DNA from: an uncultured Bacteroidales bacterium
GTDB taxonomy: Bacteria > Bacteroidota > Bacteroidia > Bacteroidales > Paludibacteraceae
Assembly (NCBI GenBank): GCA_902774075.1
Contig: CACYGT010000001.1
Coordinates: 7,820 to 71,819 of the forward strand
Length of the DNA stretch: 64,000 nt
Direction of reading: 5' to 3'
Shown here one piece after another: positions 1 through 10,371 of this stretch. Position 1 is the first letter of the stretch. Each line of letters opens with the position of its first letter. The notes beneath the pieces were generated by a model. The model saw only the letters and a program-made list of their open reading frames with translations. It did not search any database and was not told the origin of the DNA. The translations under genes and the position numbers were made by a program.

Positions 1-2
1 AT

Positions 3-3000
3 GTGTCGGTAGATGTGGAGGGTGATATGTCACAGCTTAAAGCACTTTATGCTGATTTTGATTTGCCTGCAACGAAATTTGCTGAAGATGAAGAAGGCGA
101 GTGGACTTGGGCATTAGGCGCTACTCCGGCAGAAGTCTTAACTCCGATGAAAGGGCGTGCTAATTTAGTAATCACATATACCGCTAAAGCGGGCATCGAG
201 GCAGGAACAAAGCGAGCAACCTTTGTGGCTAAGATGCAAGGAACCAATCCGTCAACGATCAATATTCCTTTGTCCGTTGAGGTTCGTCCGGCCAGCGTCA
301 ATGAGGCAAGTGTAAAAATAGGAGATGCAGAGCCAGTTGGATATGCCACATTGGCAGAAGCTGTAACGGCAGCTAATGCTGCATCCGGTGATGTTACTTT
401 GACCTTGTTGCGCGATGTTTCCGATGCTGTTGTACTGAGCAATAAGATGAAGTTAGATTTGAACAGTTATACACTCAGTAATAATCTGGCAATCGGCTCC
501 GGAGGTGATGTAGAATTGGTTTACAATAAACAAGGTGGTAAAATCACTAAGACAGTTGCTGTTCAGAACGGAGCCACACTAACATTGAATGGCGGTACAA
601 TAGAAGTGAGCGGAACGGGTAGTATGAATCCCGCACAAGCTGTAGTTGCAGTTAATGTGGCCGACGGAGGTAAACTCATCCAAAACGGCGCAACCATTAG
701 CGCAACTGCTTCGACTTGTTATGCCATCGGTATCAATATTGACGGAGAAGCAGAGATAAAAGAGGGTTCTGTTACGGCCCATGCAAATTATACGGCCGCT
801 TTTGCAACGCAAGTTAGTGCAACAGGTAAACTGACTACTACCGGTGGTACGATGAATGCCTCTGTGGATCAGTCGCACAACCCAACAGCCAATCCGGCCG
901 ACCAATCCACATGGTCGAATGCATATGCAGTATATATAACTGCCACAACCGGTAAGGCTGATATTCAAGGTGGTACATTCTATTCTACTTCATCGTACAG
1001 TGGCGCTTTTGCTGTTAGTGCCATCGCGTCATTCGGTAAGTTGACTATCGGGAAGAATGCAGTAGTCTCAGCTCATACAGTTAGCAGTAGTCCTGTGGCA
1101 TATGCGGTTGGTTGTATGGGTAATGCGGACTTGACGGTAAACGGAGGTCGATTCTCTGCTACATATGTAAAAAGCGAACAGACTACACCGTGTCCTCCGT
1201 TCCTTTGCGCAGCCTTTGACAAACTTGATTTCAAAGCCGGAATTATTAAAGCTGATTCGGCTTTTGTGCGTGCCGGCATGTTCCCTGTTACAATGACCTT
1301 GGTTCAGCCAAAACTCTACAATGTGGTAAAGGGTAGCAAAGATTATAACGATGGTTATCGCTATATTGCCGTGTCAAGTTCCATTACAGCTCAAAACGAT
1401 TTAATTGCTATTGGCATTCCGGCAGCACGTATCGGTACAGTGGGTTATACCAAACTAGAGGATGCTATCGCATATGCCAACAACAATCCGAATGAAGAAT
1501 TGGTAATCTTCTTGCAGAATAACTATACGTTACCTGCCGGTTATTACACGATACCCGCCAAAGCGACATTGGTTATCCCGATGAGTGACGAACAATCAAA
1601 GGAAGCTAATGCTTTTCCTCCTCGCGTTTCGTATAATGACATGGATGATTCGCATCCGTATGTAGAACCAACAGAGTTCCGTCGTTTGACTTTTGCAAGC
1701 GGTGTAAACATGGATGTGTTTGGAGATGTAGAGATGACCTGTACGCAGTTTGCTACTAATGAGGCTTATTCCGGTCAGCCGGTAGGTCCTTATGGACACT
1801 TAGTCATGGAAGAGGGAAGTCATATGACACTGCAAGCCGGTTCGGAACTGCGCGCATGGGGATATATGACAGGAAAGGGAGAGACGGATGCTCGTCGTGA
1901 TGCCACCGTTCGCGAGATGTTCCAATTAGGAGACTGGAAGGGAGCTATGACATCGGTAAAGATAACGGGCATGGCGCCTGGTTTTGTGGCAGATGATAGT
2001 GACAAAAAAATCTTCCCGGTTTCTCAATATTTCATCCAGAACGTAGAGTCTCCTGTGAAGTACCATCCGGGAGCAGTACTTTCCACTTCGGCGATGGTAT
2101 CCGAGGGATTATCAGGTTTCTTGGCAGTCACGATGTCTGCTTCCGACATTAAGGTAGTAGGCGTTTCGAACCGCACCGGAGGTGTTAGCGATGAAGCCAT
2201 CTTCCTCCTGGATAATGGAGCAGATGCTGACAATACATGGATACGTAAATGGTATGACGCCGAAAATGACATTCAAGTCTATGATGTCAATAGTGCCGCA
2301 CATATCGGTTCTATGGTATTGGATATGGGAGAATTGGACGTGTCGTTCATTATACCAGGAGCAAAACTTCCGGTGCGCCTCAATTCCGCAAAGTTCGATT
2401 TACCTATCACATGTAATATGAAGATTCACCTTCTTTCTGGTTCGATGGACTTCTTGCAAAATACCAGCCTATTGCCAGGTGCGGAAGTGGAGGTGGATAA
2501 GGAGTCGATAGTACAAGTAGCTAAAGACGATGAAGATCCCGAACATACCGGTGCACTTTATGTCTATGATGCCGAAGACTGGGACACATACGCCTTTTGT
2601 AAAGCCGTAGGCGAGCCTGATGGCGAAGCTTACACCAAGACAGTGCGTTACGCGCCAAGTTGGAACGGTCGTCCCACCAAGCGCGCAGAGAATGTATGTC
2701 CTCCTTCTGCTGCTATTAATGTGCATGGTACGTTCACTACGGCCACCGGATTTGTATACTGTTCGGAGCATGGCGCTAATATTTTCTCGAGTAATGAAGA
2801 TGCTGGTACATTTATCTTTAACGAAGACGCATCAGCAGCAGGCACCAGGATAGTCAATAATGTAAAAGGGGAGAGCACTTATGAGGAACGCACTTTCTAT
2901 CCTGCTAAACTGAAACATAAAGATGGAACGTTTGCGGATACTGAGTCTGCCGTTAGCGGTGATTCCTATTGCTATCAAGAAAATCGCTGGGAAAGTATGC

Positions 3001-5909
3001 GTGTGGATGGTTGCTTCATGGTTAACCATGGAATATATTATGCAAAACCACAAGAATATGTGGCTTTGGCCAATGGTATGACGGAGAATAGCGACCATAC
3101 GTATAGCGATGCTGCCGGAGCCGGACGACTCTTTATTTTGATGGGCGACGAAAGCTGTCAGTGGTGGGAGGTTGAGAAAAAAGACAATCTATACCATTGT
3201 ATCCATCCTGATAATGATACGTATTATTACTGGAAACCAGAAGAGCATGATCCGGACGATCCGGATGCTGTTATTCCTGCTCATTGGGAGGAGAAAAAAT
3301 ATACTATCTCTTGGAAAAACTGGGATGGTACGTTATTAGAGACTATCGGTCCGAAGGAATTGCCGGTAACCAGCTATGAAGTGACCTATGGTACAATGGC
3401 GGAATACCTCGGCACGAACCCGACGCGTGAAGCTACTATCGACTATACGTATGACTTCACCGGTTGGTCTCCGACGCCGGGCAGAGTAACGAGTGACGTG
3501 ACTTATACGGCTACTTACACCGAGAAACCGCGTATGTACACCATCATCTTCTGCCAAGAAGGCGGCGTGGAGATTGAGCGCCATTTCCTTACGCATAACG
3601 AAGTGCCCGTCTGCGAGAACGTACCCACAAAGGTAGGTCATATCTTGCAGTGGAGTCCGGCTATCGCCGCTGTGACGGGTGATGCGACCTACACGGCTAC
3701 CTGGCTTGAGGAGCCACCTACGGAGTTTGAGATTAAGTTCGTTGATTATGATGGTACAACCGAGCTGCAGAAGAGCAACGTAGCAGTAGGCACCATACCG
3801 GCATACACCGGTGAGACTCCGAGTGGAAAACCCGCCACAACTGAGTTTACGTATGTCTTTGACCACTGGTCGCCGACGGTGACAGAAGTGACACAAGCGA
3901 TGACCTATACGGCTGTCTATCGAGAGCAGCAAAAGACCTATGAGATTATCTTCTTGGATGAAGATGATAGCGAAATAGAGCGTCATAACTACACCTACGG
4001 TTCGACACCGGTTTGTGCCGATCTGCCAACGAAGGCTAACACAGCCGAATGGACCTATAAACTGTCATGGGATCCTCAGATTGAAACCGTGCGAGAGAAT
4101 GCCACATACAAGGCCGATTTTGATGCGCTCAAGACAAAGAACAAATATACCGTCTCGGCTAAATGCAGTCCTGCCGGTGCGGCTACTATTACCGGCAATG
4201 GTATATATGAGTATAATACCGCCTCCAACGCGGTAACAATTACGCTGACAGCTAATACAGGCTTTACTTTCCAAGGATGGCAAGATCTCAGCGATAAGAC
4301 CATCACCAACCGTACAACAGCTGTGACGGGCGATGTAAACTTGTTGGCCGTCTTCACTGTAGCCGATCCAGACTATACCATCACGTGGAAGAGTGAGGAT
4401 GGTAATACCACTTTGGCCTCTGTTGGTCAGAAAGCCAATACGGTAACAACCTACACCGGCGCAACGCCGACGAAGGAAGCGACTTCGGCTTATATTTATA
4501 CCTTCGACGGCTGGACGACCGGCGCGAATGGAACAGGTACGTTCTACAAGAACAACCAGACTCCAAAGGCAACAGCCAATGCGACATATTTTGCACACTT
4601 TGCAGAGGAGGCTATCCCGAGTTTGGAGATCTCGAGCGGAACAACGGTATTGACCGAACCGGTAGAGTATCAGAACCTGATTATTAGTTCGGATGGTGTT
4701 AACTCCGGAGAGTTGTTGGGTATTGACAAACTGAGTCTCACAGGTGATGCGTTCTTCGATTTTAAAGTAAACATGAAGACGCATACATGGTATGCAGTGG
4801 CTGTACCCTGGGAAGTTGATTTAACTGACGGCGGCGTACTACTGAATGGTCGTCCATTAACCATCACCACAGAGTACGATGTGATTTATTACAACGGCGA
4901 ACGCCGTGCCGAAGTGGGCCCGCAAAAGACATGGGCTTATGAAACAAGCACGATGCATCCAGGCACTTTGTATTTAGTTGCACTCATGGGTTCTGCACCA
5001 AATGGCCTTCGCTTCAAAGCAAAATCGCACAATATGGCTGATCTGATGAACACCAGTGCCTCTGTTCATCAATATCCGGAGTCAACGGAAAATGATGGTA
5101 AAGATGCGGGATGGAATGGTGTGGCTAACCCTGCTATTTTCCAAGCGTTTGTCAATGCAGGAGCAACTGTTGGTCAGGCCTTTAATTCAGAGACTGGGGG
5201 ATACGATGTAGTGCCGTTACAGACGACAAGGATGGTTGTAGGACAAGGTGTATTCATCCAAGCGCCTGCTGATGCGACCGTCAATGTAGCATATGGTGCT
5301 TCGTATAATAGTTCCGCACCAATTGCAGCTGCACCGCGTCGCGCTGCCGAAGAAACAAATCTGAATGCTTATTACGAAGTTCGTATTTCTCCGATGGAAA
5401 AGCCATACACAGATCGCCTCTTTGTACAAGTTAACGACGATAAAGAGGAAGATGTCTATACGATAGGGAAGGACCTTATCAAAATGGGTATCAGTGATCA
5501 AAAAGCGCAAATGTGGATTAAGCGCTATGATACCAAATTGTGTCTCAATGCAATGAAACCGTCCGACGACAAGGCTGAGTTCCCATTGGGTATCTATGTG
5601 CCTGAAACCGGCGATTACACGATCGGCATTAAGCATGAGGCAGATGAGGAGTCGTCGATCTATCTGACTCGTGATGGAGAGGCTATTTGGAACCTAAGCA
5701 AGGGCGCATATACCACCGAAATGGCATCCGGAACGACGGAACAATATGGTCTGCGTGTGATTGCGAAAGCACCAACGGTTATCACCGGCTTCGACGAAGC
5801 GGTTGTAGACAGTAGAGATACTATTGCGACCAAAGTGCTGATTGGCAACCAAGTATATATAATCCGCGGTGATGAGGTGTACACCATTACCGGTATGAAA
5901 GTGAAATAA
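3..5909 (+). CDS. Giant secreted adhesin-like surface protein, 5'-partial (ORF open to the window edge; at least 1968 aa)
   Basis: Uninterrupted 5.9-kb ORF with no signal peptide at the window-edge N-terminus, so it is truncated. It has a G/T/A/N-rich beta-helix-like region and about six tandem Listeria-Bacteroides-type repeats. A ~400-aa C-terminal module (WYAVAVPW, DAGWNGVANP, APRRAAEE, AQMWIKRYDTKLC) is colinear with the 6305..10369 product. Confidence 0.85.
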   Translation: MSVDVEGDMSQLKALYADFDLPATKFAEDEEGEWTWALGATPAEVLTPMKGRANLVITYTAKAGIEAGTKRATFVAKMQGTNPSTINIPLSVEVRPASVNEASVKIGDAEPVGYATLAEAVTAANAASGDVTLTLLRDVSDAVVLSNKMKLDLNSYTLSNNLAIGSGGDVELVYNKQGGKITKTVAVQNGATLTLNGGTIEVSGTGSMNPAQAVVAVNVADGGKLIQNGATISATASTCYAIGINIDGEAEIKEGSVTAHANYTAAFATQVSATGKLTTTGGTMNASVDQSHNPTANPADQSTWSNAYAVYITATTGKADIQGGTFYSTSSYSGAFAVSAIASFGKLTIGKNAVVSAHTVSSSPVAYAVGCMGNADLTVNGGRFSATYVKSEQTTPCPPFLCAAFDKLDFKAGIIKADSAFVRAGMFPVTMTLVQPKLYNVVKGSKDYNDGYRYIAVSSSITAQNDLIAIGIPAARIGTVGYTKLEDAIAYANNNPNEELVIFLQNNYTLPAGYYTIPAKATLVIPMSDEQSKEANAFPPRVSYNDMDDSHPYVEPTEFRRLTFASGVNMDVFGDVEMTCTQFATNEAYSGQPVGPYGHLVMEEGSHMTLQAGSELRAWGYMTGKGETDARRDATVREMFQLGDWKGAMTSVKITGMAPGFVADDSDKKIFPVSQYFIQNVESPVKYHPGAVLSTSAMVSEGLSGFLAVTMSASDIKVVGVSNRTGGVSDEAIFLLDNGADADNTWIRKWYDAENDIQVYDVNSAAHIGSMVLDMGELDVSFIIPGAKLPVRLNSAKFDLPITCNMKIHLLSGSMDFLQNTSLLPGAEVEVDKESIVQVAKDDEDPEHTGALYVYDAEDWDTYAFCKAVGEPDGEAYTKTVRYAPSWNGRPTKRAENVCPPSAAINVHGTFTTATGFVYCSEHGANIFSSNEDAGTFIFNEDASAAGTRIVNNVKGESTYEERTFYPAKLKHKDGTFADTESAVSGDSYCYQENRWESMRVDGCFMVNHGIYYAKPQEYVALANGMTENSDHTYSDAAGAGRLFILMGDESCQWWEVEKKDNLYHCIHPDNDTYYYWKPEEHDPDDPDAVIPAHWEEKKYTISWKNWDGTLLETIGPKELPVTSYEVTYGTMAEYLGTNPTREATIDYTYDFTGWSPTPGRVTSDVTYTATYTEKPRMYTIIFCQEGGVEIERHFLTHNEVPVCENVPTKVGHILQWSPAIAAVTGDATYTATWLEEPPTEFEIKFVDYDGTTELQKSNVAVGTIPAYTGETPSGKPATTEFTYVFDHWSPTVTEVTQAMTYTAVYREQQKTYEIIFLDEDDSEIERHNYTYGSTPVCADLPTKANTAEWTYKLSWDPQIETVRENATYKADFDALKTKNKYTVSAKCSPAGAATITGNGIYEYNTASNAVTITLTANTGFTFQGWQDLSDKTITNRTTAVTGDVNLLAVFTVADPDYTITWKSEDGNTTLASVGQKANTVTTYTGATPTKEATSAYIYTFDGWTTGANGTGTFYKNNQTPKATANATYFAHFAEEAIPSLEISSGTTVLTEPVEYQNLIISSDGVNSGELLGIDKLSLTGDAFFDFKVNMKTHTWYAVAVPWEVDLTDGGVLLNGRPLTITTEYDVIYYNGERRAEVGPQKTWAYETSTMHPGTLYLVALMGSAPNGLRFKAKSHNMADLMNTSASVHQYPESTENDGKDAGWNGVANPAIFQAFVNAGATVGQAFNSETGGYDVVPLQTTRMVVGQGVFIQAPADATVNVAYGASYNSSAPIAAAPRRAAEETNLNAYYEVRISPMEKPYTDRLFVQVNDDKEEDVYTIGKDLIKMGISDQKAQMWIKRYDTKLCLNAMKPSDDKAEFPLGIYVPETGDYTIGIKHEADEESSIYLTRDGEAIWNLSKGAYTTEMASGTTEQYGLRVIAKAPTVITGFDEAVVDSRDTIATKVLIGNQVYIIRGDEVYTITGMKVK
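3300..4605 (+). repeat. About six tandem 65-75 aa Listeria-Bacteroides (InlB B-repeat-like) units inside the giant CDS
   Basis: Recurring pattern Y(T/E)IxF/W..(D)G......YG..P......P(T)K......Y.F.GW.P....V..(D)ATYTA.Y. Examples: YTISWKNWDG...TYTATYTE, YTIIFCQEGG...TYTATWLE, FEIKFVDYDG...TYTAVYRE, YEIIFLDEDD...TYKADF, YTITWKSEDG...TYFAHF. Confidence 0.6.
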
Positions 5910-5926
5910 TGTAAAATTGAAATAGT

Positions 5927-6058
5927 ATGAAAAAGAAAATGTATGTAGCACCTCAAGTAGAGAAAGTGCAATTGATGGCAATGGGTATCTTTATGGGTAG
6001 TACTGAGCCACCCATAGATCCCAACCAGGCTCCTAAGAATGGCGCTCCTATTCCCTAA
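5927..6058 (+). CDS. Micro-ORF (43 aa), MKKKMYVAPQVEKVQLMAMGIFMGSTEPPIDPNQAPKNGAPIP, paired with the upstream giant gene
   Basis: Hand-translated (below the ORF-track length cutoff). ATG lies 17 nt after the giant gene's stop and is followed by a strong terminator. Its N-terminus is conserved with the micro-ORF at 10372..10515 (M-x-K-K/R-M-Y-V/I-A/S-P-x-V-E), with synonymous codon differences at P, V and E. Confidence 0.5.
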   Translation: MKKKMYVAPQVEKVQLMAMGIFMGSTEPPIDPNQAPKNGAPIP

Positions 6059-6079
6059 CATGGAAATTTAGAGCGAATG

Positions 6080-6120
6080 AAAAATCGCATATGCGTGAGG
6101 CGTGTGTGCGATTTTTTTTT
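6080..6120 (+). terminator. Rho-independent terminator ending the giant-gene + micro-ORF unit
   Basis: AAAAATCGCATATGCG-tgagg-CGTGTGTGCGAT followed by T9. Roughly 12-bp stem (6084-6095 / 6101-6112, some G-U pairs), 5-nt loop, A-run before and T-run after. Confidence 0.8.
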
Positions 6121-6183
6121 GTTTGCTAAAATGTTAGTTTTGCGTTGCAAAATGTAGATTTTTCGCATTTTTTTGATCTTTTT

Positions 6184-6215
6184 CTTGCGTATTTCCAAAA
6201 AAAATTGTACCTTTG
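6184..6215 (+). promoter_or_regulatory. Bacteroidetes sigma-A type promoter (-33 cTTG, -7 TAccTTTG) for the 6305 gene
   Basis: TACCTTTG at 6208-6215. CTTGCGTAT at 6184-6192, 20 nt upstream, with an A8 tract in the spacer. Same extended pattern as the other promoters in this window. Confidence 0.6.
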
Positions 6216-6304
6216 CAGCGCTTTTTAGCGTTGCACGCCTATTTTCGTGTGCATGTGCGCGAGAGGCGAAAGAGAAAATAGAGAAATATTTAAATGCATG
6301 AAAT

Positions 6305-9300
6305 ATGAAAATAAAAGTGTTTGATATGAGAAAGTTTTTTTACACACTGAGCGTATTAGTTTGTTTGCTCGGGGTGAGTGGAAATGCGTGGGCAGGAGGT
6401 AGTACTACTTATTACTCTGCCTTGAAGGCAACAGTGTCTTCAACGGGTGGCGGAAAAGTATATGCCGGAACATCCAATAGCGCCGGAACGTATGTGGAAG
6501 GCACTTCGACATCCGACAAGCAGTCCTCAACAACGCAAAATGAAGCAAAAAATTTCTATGCTTTTGCGCAATCCAATGACGGCTACTCTTTTACGGGCTG
6601 GAGCACTACAAAAGGAGGGGATGTCGTTTCGACGGACAACCCGTATAAGGTAACCGTAAACTGCTCGTCTTCTACGGAAAGCAGTCCTACGACTACAACG
6701 GTGTTTGCTAATTTTGTAGAGAACGTTGCCATTTCTGTTAATTTTGTGCCGGGTACGAACGGTTCTTATACCGTCAATGGTACCAAAGTGAGCACTTCGC
6801 CTTCTCAGGCAATCACCTGCGAGGGAGAGGTTTCTTTGGCGGCAACCCCTGCTTCGGGATATAAGTTCTTTGGCTGGTACACCAGCACCGATGGCGGAAC
6901 GACGAAGAACTATTTCTCCTATTCGGCATCTACTTCCCATACTTTCTTGGCGGCCGCGACGGTATATGCTGAGTTTATTTCGTCGTCCGTAGCCACCTTT
7001 ACTGTAAAAGGGACGTCGGACTATTATTACGACTTGGCGAAAGGACTCACAGCAGCAGCTTCTTCGTCTTCTAAAGTGTTGGTTGTAGCGACAAATGGTA
7101 CTGTGGCTGCGGGTAATTATACCATCCCAAGTGGAGTGACGTTGCTGGTGCCTTATAATGATGGATATACGGTTAAGACTACATTGCCGGCGTACGAGAA
7201 TAATAACAATAATGTAAAGACGCGCTCGCTGTTCAGACAACTTACGCTAACGAGTGGAGTAAGTTTAACGGTAAGTGGATCTATGTGCGTTGGTGGTAAT
7301 TTGCATGCGAGAAATGGTGGCCAAATGACCGCTACAGTGTTGGATAACTATGGACGTCTTCAGCTGGAAAGCGGAAGTAATGTTATTTTGAATGGTAACT
7401 TATACTGTTGGGGGTATATTACAGGAAGCGGTGCTATAGATGCACGAAATGGTTCTGTAGTTTATGAACCATTCCAAATGGATTTCCGTGGAGGTACACA
7501 CTGTTCAAATACCTATAAGAGCGCTTTCCCTATGTGTCAATATTACGTTCAAAACATAGAGGCTCCTATAACTTTTAATAATGGCGCAACGGAAACGTTA
7601 GTTACATGTTGTTATGCGAGCTATTCGTTGTATGATGGTACGGCATCGTTCATAGGTAGTAACGGCATGTTTAGATTGGAGCCTGGGTCGAAGCTTACGC
7701 GCCATTATGATGGTGCAAAAGATAGGCAATGTTATGATTTGTATGGTAATGCTTCTATACAAGACATATCCGTTTCGGTAAGTGTTATGAAGTTGGCTTC
7801 AAAAGACTATGTCCTTCCTATTAATAATAATATGGATTTGACAATTCATAGCGGCACAACAACAATTTACTATGATTTATCTTTGTTGCCGGATTCAAAA
7901 GTGATTATTGAAGAGGGGGCTACTGTGGAAGTGAAGAAGAATCTATATATCTACGACAGAAGTGATTGGCGTAATGAAGAAACCGGTTATGGTTATTTTG
8001 GAATAGGCGCAGATATAAATCCTGTTCCTTATTCCCCGACAAAAACAGGAAGCAGAACGTCTGCAGGGCTTACTGATGCACATGTGGTTGTGAATGGCAC
8101 ATTAAAATCGTTGAGTTCGAGCGGGAAAATCTATACGACTACGCATGGAGCAGACATTTGTTCAACAGGTGATGGTAAAATCGTTTTGGGTGTTGCACCG
8201 ACAAGTACATCTTCTTTTAAACAGGGTATTTCCACGGCAAGTAGTGTACAAGACGTTCCTGTGAATGCTGCCAAACTACAAAATGCCGATGGTTCTTATC
8301 TCGCCACATCAGGATCTGCTGCCAATACCACCATCAACTACAAGAACGGTCACTGGGGATGGGTTGGAATATGGAAGAACGGAGATGAAGTTCTCAAGAC
8401 AGTGAATGTTTGTACAGAAAATCTTTTAGTAGTAGACAGTGCTCCGGCACTCCCCCAACCATATTCTGATGAGGATTACGAATACATATGCGAAGGATGG
8501 ACTCCGGTTAGAAACGGAGACAAGCAGGAAATCGTTTATACGCCCAACTTTAGAGATCTTCCTATTATTAAGTTTAAGATGGGAACGAATCATAAATCAG
8601 AACACAAACAAGCTTATGACTACGACTCAATTCCTTCTTATAACGCTCCCAACTGCTATGGAAAAAATAATAAGTATATCTATGAGTTTATTGGATGGAG
8701 CGAGACTGCAGATGGAGAAATATTGGAGACTTTATTGCCAGTCACGGGTCCTAAAACGTATTATGCACAATATAGGGAAATTCCGAACCTCGAAATAGGT
8801 AATGTACAAACAGGCGAGGAACAGGGAGAGCCACAGTCTGATCCAGAGGTAGAAGAAAGAACGGTGAATGAGTCCTTTACTGTCGACACGACAACGATTG
8901 GAGATAATGGTTCATTGATTGTAACGACCAAAAATGACAATCATGTTACTCTTGAAACAGAAGTAATAACAGTACAAGACGGAGGTTCGATTACTATTGA
9001 AGAAGGTGCTTCTATTAAGACGGATGAGTTCGTGCTGGAAGCTACTCTCGGAGTTATCGAAGATACTAATGGAGATAACATTACCGTCATACCGAACAAT
9101 TCTTCCGGCCAGGTAAATGGTGGTGACAATATTAAAGGCAGACCGGCAGAACCGACTGCAGAACCGACAGAGCCAAAAGTTTACTTCAAGCTCGCTCATA
9201 AAGGAGGTTTCAAGAAGCGCACTTGGTATGCTATTGCAGTACCTTGGACAATCGATGTACCTCACCACGCAGAGGGTGGTATCTCCATCTACAAAAATGG

Positions 9301-10369
9301 TGAATACAAGCCTCAAAAATTAAGTATAGATTTCGACGTTCTTCGTTATGACGGAGCAATGCGTGCATCGATGGGCAATGTGTCGGATTGCTGGACTTAC
9401 ATTGATGATGTAGAAGGATATGACAAAACGATGAAGCCGGGTGTATTCTATATGATTTATCTGACAGAAGATGCAGATGCTATTCGTTTTGAGAAAAAAG
9501 CCGACACTAATTTCCATTTTGGCAATGAGGTAGTAACGACTCCGGCTCCCACAGACGAAACAGGCGATGCTAACTGGAATGGCGTTGCGAACCCGAACAC
9601 CTACAACGCCACCGTTAACAGTCCTGGTGTGTTGGTAGGTCAATGCTATGTGGTAGATAGTGAAGGCCAAGGAAGCTATCACTCGATTACTTTCGCTGAC
9701 GAACAACTAAGTGTTGGTGTGCCTGTCTTTATCCAAACGGAGGCTACATCGATTGTGGTTAACAATCCGTCATCAACACCGGCTAGCGCTCCTCGTCGTT
9801 TGCTCGAGGCAGAACAGAAGCACGATGGTCTTGTTGAAGTACAGATTGCGCCGAAGGGCCTGCACTATAGCGACCGTGTATTCTTGCAGACTGAAGAGGG
9901 AAAGAAAGATATCTATTCTATCGGTCAGGATGTAGTAAAAGCCGGTACTAGCCGCCGTATGGCTCAAATGTGGATTGATCGATACGATAGTAAGCTTTGT
10001 ATGAACACCGCTTCGGCGGTAGACAACACCGCTACATATCCGTTAGGCATTTCCATCCCGAACGCTGGCACGTTTACTATCAGCGTTCCTGCTGATAAAC
10101 TGAATGGAGACGAGGTTTATCTTACTAAAAATGGTAGAATCCTTTGGGATCTGAGTGCAGGTGAATATACTGCAACGTTCGAAAAGGGCACGACGACCGA
10201 ATACGGATTATTGCTTGTTCGCAACAAAGCACCTGAAGCTACGCAGGGCGTAGATGAAATCAACGCAGGAGCAGACGGTCAAGGCGCTATGAAAGTGCTG
10301 CTGAATAACCAAGTTTATATCATCCGTGGTGGTGAGATGTACACCATTACCGGTTCTAACGTACAGTAA
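6305..10369 (+). CDS. Giant secreted adhesin-like surface protein (1354 aa), paralog of the 3..5909 product
   Basis: Signal peptide (best from the Met at 6326: MRKFFYTLSVLVCLLGVSGNAWA). GYxFxGW repeat units. A central block colinear with the paralog (LFRQLTLTSG.., CWGYITGSGAIDARNGS.., CQYYVQNIEAPI). C-terminal module: WYAIAVPW, DANWNGVANP, APRRLLEAE, AQMWIDRYDSKLC, NQVYIIRGGEMYTITG. Confidence 0.9.
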   Translation: MKIKVFDMRKFFYTLSVLVCLLGVSGNAWAGGSTTYYSALKATVSSTGGGKVYAGTSNSAGTYVEGTSTSDKQSSTTQNEAKNFYAFAQSNDGYSFTGWSTTKGGDVVSTDNPYKVTVNCSSSTESSPTTTTVFANFVENVAISVNFVPGTNGSYTVNGTKVSTSPSQAITCEGEVSLAATPASGYKFFGWYTSTDGGTTKNYFSYSASTSHTFLAAATVYAEFISSSVATFTVKGTSDYYYDLAKGLTAAASSSSKVLVVATNGTVAAGNYTIPSGVTLLVPYNDGYTVKTTLPAYENNNNNVKTRSLFRQLTLTSGVSLTVSGSMCVGGNLHARNGGQMTATVLDNYGRLQLESGSNVILNGNLYCWGYITGSGAIDARNGSVVYEPFQMDFRGGTHCSNTYKSAFPMCQYYVQNIEAPITFNNGATETLVTCCYASYSLYDGTASFIGSNGMFRLEPGSKLTRHYDGAKDRQCYDLYGNASIQDISVSVSVMKLASKDYVLPINNNMDLTIHSGTTTIYYDLSLLPDSKVIIEEGATVEVKKNLYIYDRSDWRNEETGYGYFGIGADINPVPYSPTKTGSRTSAGLTDAHVVVNGTLKSLSSSGKIYTTTHGADICSTGDGKIVLGVAPTSTSSFKQGISTASSVQDVPVNAAKLQNADGSYLATSGSAANTTINYKNGHWGWVGIWKNGDEVLKTVNVCTENLLVVDSAPALPQPYSDEDYEYICEGWTPVRNGDKQEIVYTPNFRDLPIIKFKMGTNHKSEHKQAYDYDSIPSYNAPNCYGKNNKYIYEFIGWSETADGEILETLLPVTGPKTYYAQYREIPNLEIGNVQTGEEQGEPQSDPEVEERTVNESFTVDTTTIGDNGSLIVTTKNDNHVTLETEVITVQDGGSITIEEGASIKTDEFVLEATLGVIEDTNGDNITVIPNNSSGQVNGGDNIKGRPAEPTAEPTEPKVYFKLAHKGGFKKRTWYAIAVPWTIDVPHHAEGGISIYKNGEYKPQKLSIDFDVLRYDGAMRASMGNVSDCWTYIDDVEGYDKTMKPGVFYMIYLTEDADAIRFEKKADTNFHFGNEVVTTPAPTDETGDANWNGVANPNTYNATVNSPGVLVGQCYVVDSEGQGSYHSITFADEQLSVGVPVFIQTEATSIVVNNPSSTPASAPRRLLEAEQKHDGLVEVQIAPKGLHYSDRVFLQTEEGKKDIYSIGQDVVKAGTSRRMAQMWIDRYDSKLCMNTASAVDNTATYPLGISIPNAGTFTISVPADKLNGDEVYLTKNGRILWDLSAGEYTATFEKGTTTEYGLLLVRNKAPEATQGVDEINAGADGQGAMKVLLNNQVYIIRGGEMYTITGSNVQ

Positions 10370-10371
10370 CT

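Noticed and set aside
6120-6304. A possible invertible (shufflon or fimbrial-type) promoter upstream of the second giant gene.
   Set aside because: I found no flanking inverted repeats, and no tyrosine or serine recombinase gene is present in the window. Only a short direct repeat (GCGTTGCA) was seen.
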